A stretch of 64,000 nucleotides of DNA from Flaccisagitta enflata (taxonomy: Eukaryota). Numbering within the stretch: the stretch's first letter is position 1; each line of letters opens with the position of its first letter. The position numbers were made by a program, and so were the translations under genes. Positions 57,767 to 64,000 of this stretch are shown here, piece after piece. A model generated the notes under the pieces. The model made no database searches. It saw nothing but the letters and a program-made list of their open reading frames with translations, and was not told where the DNA came from. The stretch lies in the NCBI GenBank assembly GCA_965153355.1, contig OZ231126.1, positions 12,214,001 to 12,278,000 on the forward strand, read 5' to 3'.

Positions 57767-57888
57767 TATCATTTACAGTCGTGCCATACCCCTTATTTAC
57801 ATTATAATGAATAGGGAGAAGGAAGAGGAAGAGGAAGCCCCTATTCTTTACTATGGGAAAGGTAGGGTTGGCACGACTGTAAATGATA
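57767..57888. repeat. Small inverted repeat / mini-MITE
   Basis: TATCATTTACAGTCGTGCCA ... TGGCACGACTGTAAATGATA. Confidence 0.8.
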
Positions 57889-58832
57889 AAGTCTCATAAA
57901 CTTTTCCTTTTAGTTATTAGGTTGATTTGTGATTGCGCATGGTCTGGTGATATGTCCAATTGGCATTTCCAAAGTTGGTTGATACCGACCCCCCAACGGC
58001 CATCAGTTGCGGATGGGTGGGCAGGGGCGGATATGCCCGTTTTCCCACTTTTTTACTAGTTCTGACGGACCAACAGACCAACAGACAGACAAAGCCTCTT
58101 ATAGAGTTGCATGTCCGCAACTAAAAAGTTGTTGACAAGCTGCAAAGTGTGGTAGAGGATGAAGTCCGAGGGATGCAGCAGCACGTCCAATTAAGCGTAG
58201 ATTTAATTGGATTGAGTTTGGGGCTTCCTCTATGTCGGCTGGAGCCCTTATTTTCGTGATTAAAAGCCAGAATCGGAAAGATCTAGGTAGTGCTTGCTAA
58301 TATGATATTCAAGATTTACACATGCTTTGAACCTAAGTTGAAACTTTCTAATTATGGACGATAGAACAAACAGGTGGACGAGAAAATAATTTGTGCCTTA
58401 CAGTAATGGTTATCTTTTTACCCACCCCCTCCCCCTTCTTGGAAGCTTTCACACAGGGGAAATTTCTTCTCCTTCACATACCCCCCCCCCCCCGCCTTCA
58501 AGCCCCTAACCCAACCTCGAGGCCCAAATCACAGTCTAAAAGCCCATTGTCCAACATCCAGGTTCAAATTTCAGCCTCAACTCAGGGCCCAAATTCTAGC
58601 TTCCAGGCCCAAATCCTAGCTTCCAGGCCCAAATCCTAGCTTCCAGGCCCAAATCCTAGCCTCCAGGCCCAAATCCTAGCCTCCACGCCCAAATCCCAGC
58701 CTCCAGCCTAAATTCCAGCTGCGAGGCTATAATTCCAGCCTCAAATTCCAAATTCCAGCGTTGGGGGCCCAACCCCTAACTCAAAGCCCCCCAGTTCCAA
58801 CCTTGAGGCCCCTTTATCAGCCCAGGCTCAAG

Positions 58833-59591
58833 CAGGGGCGTATGGGAGCAAAAGTTTTAGGGGTAGCCACCCCCAGTTTGTGTCCCAACAAATCTTATGA
58901 CCTGATGAAAATAATTTACCTAATTTTTATGTATCTTTAAAAAAAAAAATAATTAATATATATTTGAATTAAGACAATGAAAAAACATTGCCTTTTTTGG
59001 GCAGCGGCCCCAAAGGGCCGATGTCCTGTAGGACACAGGGGTGAACCGTTACGTCCGTCTGACATTACGTACGTACGTACGTACGTCGCCCCCCTCCGAA
59101 GCTTCTCAAGCCTCTCAGGCCTCATATCTGGCCTCTCAGGCCTCAAATCTGGCCTCTCAGGCCTCAAATCTGGCCTCTCAGGCCTCAAATCCAGCCTCTC
59201 AGGCCTCAAATACAGCCTCTCAGGCCTCAAATACAGCCTCTCTAGCCTCAAATCCAGCCTCTTGGGCCTCAAATCCAGCCTCTTGGGCCTCAAATCCAGC
59301 CTCTTGGGCCCCAGATCCAGCCTCTCAGACCTCAAATTCTCATTGAATAATATGTCAGACAGACGTAACGGTTCACCCCTGTGTCCTACAGGACATCGGC
59401 CCTTTGGGGCCGCTGCCCTGCTCTCACTCCACTTCCTCAGCTAATCACTCCAAGCAGGGCATCGGGTGCGATCCTTGGATGACTTGTTTTCTTTTACTCT
59501 CTCTTTCTCTTTCTTTCTCTCTTCCTTTATATTTTGTGTCCCAACAGGGGTAGCCATGGCTACCCCGGCGACCCCTTCTAATACGCCCCTG
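58833..59591. mobile_element. hAT-type MITE containing an F1-type element (58992-59487, 21-bp array)
   Basis: TIR CAGGGGCGTA / TACGCCCCTG; perfect 8-bp TSD GGCTCAAG. Confidence 0.88.
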
Positions 59592-59748
59592 GGCTCAAGT
59601 ACCAGCCTGGTGACCCAAATTTCATCCCTGAGGCCCTTATTCAAGCCTCCAGGCCCCAATTCTAGCATAGATCATTGGCCCCTTTGGGGCGGCTGTCCCT
59701 CTAACCACTTCACACCCACATACACTCAGCGGCAACGGGTACCGCTGA

Positions 59749-60125
59749 CCGGGGCCAGCAGAGAAACTTCGGCCCCCTATACAATCCAAAAATCCGGGCC
59801 CCCTAGTTTTGGCGCGACTGCCGGCAAAAATGATAGCACATCAATTATTTTTCAGTCTCTATACAATCTATTTGGAGAAGAAAATCCAAGTGTTGAACTG
59901 AATACTTTTATCTGTAATAAAAATGAAAAAAAAAGTTTTGTTATTTTGAAAAGAGTTTGCATTGATTTACATTGGGGCCAAAATTTTTTTTTCTTTTTTT
60001 TTCTTTTTTCCCTTTTCCCTTTTCTTTCCTTTTCATTTCTATGACAATTAAAGGGCCCTCCGGGCCCCCCTGAGGCCCGGGCCCCTATAATTTGTATAGG
60101 GTGTATAGGCCTCTTCAGGCCCCTG
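59749..60125. mobile_element. hAT-type MITE
   Basis: CCGGGGCC / GGCCCCTG ends; TSD ACCGCTGA / TCCGCTGA (7 of 8); subterminal GGGCCC motifs. Confidence 0.75.
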
Positions 60126-60172
60126 TCCGCTGACCATCTAAAGCTTTTGCGACTATTTTCCGATCTTCTATC

Positions 60173-60671
60173 CTTTTTGGGCAGCGGCCCCAAAGGGCCG
60201 ATGTCCTGTAGGACACAGGGGTGAACCATTACGTACATCTGTCCGTCTGTCTGTCCCCCCCCAAAGTTTCTCGAGCCTCCAATTCCAATCAAATAACATG
60301 GGAAATTGACAAAATGCATAACTCCCATTGAATAACATGGAAAATTTATAAAAAAACATAAAAATTGCATGTTTCCCATTGAATAACATGAAAAAATGGA
60401 TGAAAACAAGGAAAAGATTAGAAATTCCCATTGAATAACATGGCAAATTGACGAGAAGTTTAAAAATGCAAAATCCCCATTGAATAGCATGGGAAACTGC
60501 TACTAAGGCCTCAAATATGCCCTCTCAGGACGTATGGAACTTCACCCCTGTGTCCTACAGGACATCGGCCCTTTGGGGCCGCTGCCCTGCTCTCACTCCA
60601 CTTCTTCAGCTTATCACGCCAAGCAGGGCATCGGGTACCGCTGACCATGTGCGATCCTTGGATGACTTGTT
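60173..60671 (+). mobile_element. F1-type element with a ~40-55-bp CCCATTGAATAACATGG array
   Basis: Same inverted repeats and tail as 58992-59487 but a different internal repeat (60290-60500). Confidence 0.78.
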
Positions 60672-60906
60672 AGCTATGGACACGCAACTCTATAAGAGGC
60701 TTTGTCCGTCCGTCCGTCTGTCCGTCCGTCCGTCCGTAACCATCGAGTCGAAAAGTGGGAAAACGCGCATTTCCGCCCCTGCCCATCCGTCCGCAACTGG
60801 TGGCCGTGTATCCGGCCTTGTTTCAGTCAAAGAAAAAAAATTCTTTTAACTCGCGATCGTCGCGCGTTAGCCGAAGCTTGTTGAAGGGGTGATTGATGAT
60901 CATTTT

Positions 60907-60994
<88 letters not shown>

Positions 60995-61074
60995 TTTTTT
61001 TTTTTTCATTCTTTCTTTCCCTCAAAACTCTCCCTTTCTCTTTCCTGTCATTTTTGTCTGTCACTCTGTCTCTT

Positions 61075-61173
<99 letters not shown>

Positions 61174-61497
61174 CTCTCGCTCTCGCCCTCTTCTCGATCC
61201 CCATCCCCATCCCCCATCCCCCCTCTTCTGATGATGAGCCATTTTCTCCTCATCTGTCACTTCAATTCACGTTTAATTCACTTTGATTGAGGTTGACCAT
61301 CGTTTTTTTCAGATGGACATCGGATCATAACAAAAAGCCTTTTTCCTCCGTCATATTTGCCTTTTTAAAAAAACACAACTTATGAGCGAATGATAATATG
61401 CATCAATTTGTTACTTTTAAAATCACTTCCCACGAGATGCTGATTTCGAATCTAAGTGTCTGACCTACAACGATTGACTTTCTACGTTACAGATTTA

Positions 61498-62478
61498 CAG
61501 GGTTTTTCACGCCAACATGCCGATTACAAAACGACGTTTCTCCGCCCCATGATATGATAATTGATTTCTGAAAAACGTTCCTCACAGCTCTTGAGCTCCG
61601 ATTTTGTAATCTGAAATTGTGATGGTCTGATTCTAAGTAGTTTACCCGTCATAGATGAGTAAATAAATCCTTAGAATTAGGATAAGTGCCAATAGGTTAC
61701 CACTTTGAGATTTCAAGCATTGCTTCATGCTCAGGCTATGTCAAAACTATGAAGCATAAAGAAATCTAAATTCCAAATTGATTAAAATTGGTTATCTTTG
61801 GTAAAAGAAAGTCAGCTGGAAAAATTCCGTGCAGTTTTGTTGCATTCCTCCTTTGATCTTAAACTGCTCAAAGATCTTTTTCCCAATGTTGCAGCTTCAC
61901 TTTGCGATCTTTCTCCTGTTGGTACTTTTATTGCTCCAGGAGTAATCTGGTTGGTCCGTCCGTTCATTGGTAAAGCCTACTGTTAGTTCTCTTACGTAAT
62001 TTTGATAATCGTCAGTATTCTGAGCATCTTCACCTCGGTCAGGTTTTGGAAGTTGATGATTGAATGGCGCTCCTCATGATGTCATGGGCCCATCTCACTA
62101 TCGAGAAACATCAATTATGGAGGTACACTGCTTCTGAATTTTTTGAGTCACAGACCCCGAATTGGTCGTATCTTAAAGAGCAAAGACAGCTCTTTAAAAT
62201 GGGACCAATCTGAGGTCTGTAACTTTATTCGTTTAGAAGCAGTGCTCCACTAAAGTTGATACTTGTTTCACAGAGTTTTTCTCAAATGGTAATGGAAAAA
62301 TCGAGTTCTTTTAAAAAGATTTCTCATGGGTGAATGTCTTGGAAACTAACCATAAACAAAGTCAACAGACAAAATCGGAGCTCACGAGCTGCACAAAGCT
62401 TTTTTCAGAATTCCATTCTCATAGCTAGCAGCTGAGAAATGTCGTTTTATAATCGGCGTGTTGGCGTGAAAAACCCTG
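61498..62478. mobile_element. TA-flanked non-autonomous DNA transposon
   Basis: TA|CAGGGTTTTTCACGCCAACATGCCGATTACAAAACGAC ... GTCGTTTTATAATCGGCGTGTTGGCGTGAAAAACCCTG|TA. Confidence 0.88.
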
Positions 62479-62594
62479 TAGATGAAGTGACGAAAACTTA
62501 GGTCTGTTTTGATTTTTTTACCTTGTTTTATAGTATTGTTGTTACATTAAAATTTATATTTAAAAAATGAATATCCGGCTTAGAACTTTTGCAG

Positions 62595-62690
62595 TAGCGG
62601 AATGAGCGGAGGGGCGGGGCTTCGCGTCGAGCCGTAAGGCACTACGTGAACGGTAACGCACTTCAGTTTATGACGCACTGAAATTTAAGT
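62595..62690 (+). promoter_or_regulatory. Possible promoter (GC box GGGGCGGGG and TCAGT initiator-like motif)
   Basis: Short CpG-rich patch in AT-rich surroundings; motifs only, no downstream CDS found. Confidence 0.2.
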
Positions 62691-62904
62691 AAGAGGAATT
62701 TACCCAGAGAACTAAGTTACCATTCATGTTACTATTTTTACTTAGGTCAATGCTTGTGTTTATTTCTTTATACTTTGAATTGTAAACTTACATGAGGAAA
62801 CTCATCTGTCACCGGCAAAGGACAAAAATACAAAAAGATTGAAAAATATTCAATTCTGATGAGACTAAAAAGCGAGTAAGATAGTGACAATTATTTCAGT
62901 AACT

Positions 62905-63053
62905 GCTCACTGAAAATTTTAAATTTGCATTAAGAATCCAAATATCATTAAAATAAGAACATAGCGCCCTCAGTTGATCTTTTAGGAATCGCGCTATGTT
63001 ATTGTTTTCTTGATATTTTGATTTTCTATGCAAATTTAAAATTTTCAATGAGC
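62905..63053. repeat. Imperfect ~150-bp palindrome
   Basis: TGAAAATTTTAAATTTGCAT..AACATAGCGC / GCGCTATGTT..ATGCAAATTTAAAATTTTCA. Confidence 0.75.
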
Positions 63054-63705
63054 CATAGTCCCTTGACAAAATGTGTTTTTTGTTGAATTTGGCATATTTT
63101 TTCAGCTGTAAAATAAAGGATTGAAATTTAAAACTGGCATATGCAAGTCAATTCATGCAAAATATGGTTGTTGGTAGTTTTATTAAAAATATCAAAACAA
63201 AAATTTTCATTAAATTTCATTTTATAAATTTCATAACTTATCTAGCTCGGGTAGCAAATTCTATGGTAATTTTCAGTGCGTCTTATGGACAGGAAAGAAA
63301 AAAATATTTTTAAAAAAATAAGAAGATTGCTTTTCGCACTTTGTTATCTCCGTTTGACGAATGACTGCGAGAATTGTTTAACACTTTCCGAGATCATTTA
63401 TTTTCCAGTTACGAGACGCAAAATGAATCGGCAACTCTTCAGCTTTTTTTCATTCTCAACCCCGCAGTCTTGAGACGACGAGGCGGGGGGGGGGGGGGAA
63501 TTTCTTGCTCTTAAAGTGGCAATGTCTTTGCGTGGCAGACTATGTCACGCAAGGTCTTACATTGACTGACTCCCTTCGCGTTACAGACATTGTCACAAAA
63601 AGTCTTGCAATGACGCTCCCCTAGCGCGGCAGGTTCTTGCCCACACATTCGGTGTGCTGCAAACGTTATGGCTGTAGGCCATGGCTGCTTGCGACAAAAC
63701 CCTTA

Positions 63706-63760
63706 CAAAGTTACTCATGTCAACAAAGTTACTCATGTCAACAAAGTTACTCATGTCAAC
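63706..63760 (+). repeat. Three copies of 18-bp CAAAGTTACTCATGTCAA
   Basis: Direct reading. Confidence 0.9.
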
Positions 63761-64000
63761 ACACGTAACACATTTCGGCCAAATGGAAGAATCCCTCGCG
63801 ATAGTGTCACAGTGCGACTGTCCGTCACGCAAGCAGCGTGCTGCAAAAGATTGGGCGGGACTTAACAATGGATGTGACAAATGATTCTACAGTCCACACG
63901 GCCTTGCATGCACCACCTGACAGTGCGTGCAACCGTACAATTTCGCGCGCCAACGCGAGTTTAATAACGCTCAGCGTTTTCTCTTGACGACGTAATTTTC

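Larger units (their letters stand above)
58445..60158 (+). mobile_element. F1 element interrupted by two hAT-type insertions
   Basis: GCTTTCACACAGGGGAAATTTCT start fragment, 20-bp array resuming after 59599, tail GGGTACCGCTGA..CCATCTAAAGCTTTTGCGACTATT split at 59748/60126. Confidence 0.75.

Overview
Repeat-saturated eukaryotic DNA, apparently from an invertebrate animal. Almost all ORFs in the track are artefacts of (CT)n/(GA)n/(GAA)n/(GAT)n microsatellites. Supported coding content: (1) the 3' part of an intron-containing SOWAH/sosondowah-like ankyrin gene on +, reconstructed as a 6-nt microexon (19958-19963, Asn-Gly), a 73-nt exon (24580-24652) and a terminal exon (31687-32156), with a probable 2-kb 3' UTR; (2) a two-exon secreted C-type lectin gene on - whose signal-peptide exon is split by a 2.6-kb 5'-truncated CR1-type LINE and whose lectin exon carries a 1-nt frameshift; (3) a decayed TTAA-targeting (Kolobok-like) DNA transposon; (4) two weak orphan gene candidates. 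The rest is TA-flanked hairpin MITEs, hAT-type elements with 8-bp TSDs, and several non-autonomous Helentron/DINE-1-like families carrying interchangeable tandem arrays, often nested. No CRISPR array, tRNA or rRNA was recognised. All family names come from motif recognition, not database searches.
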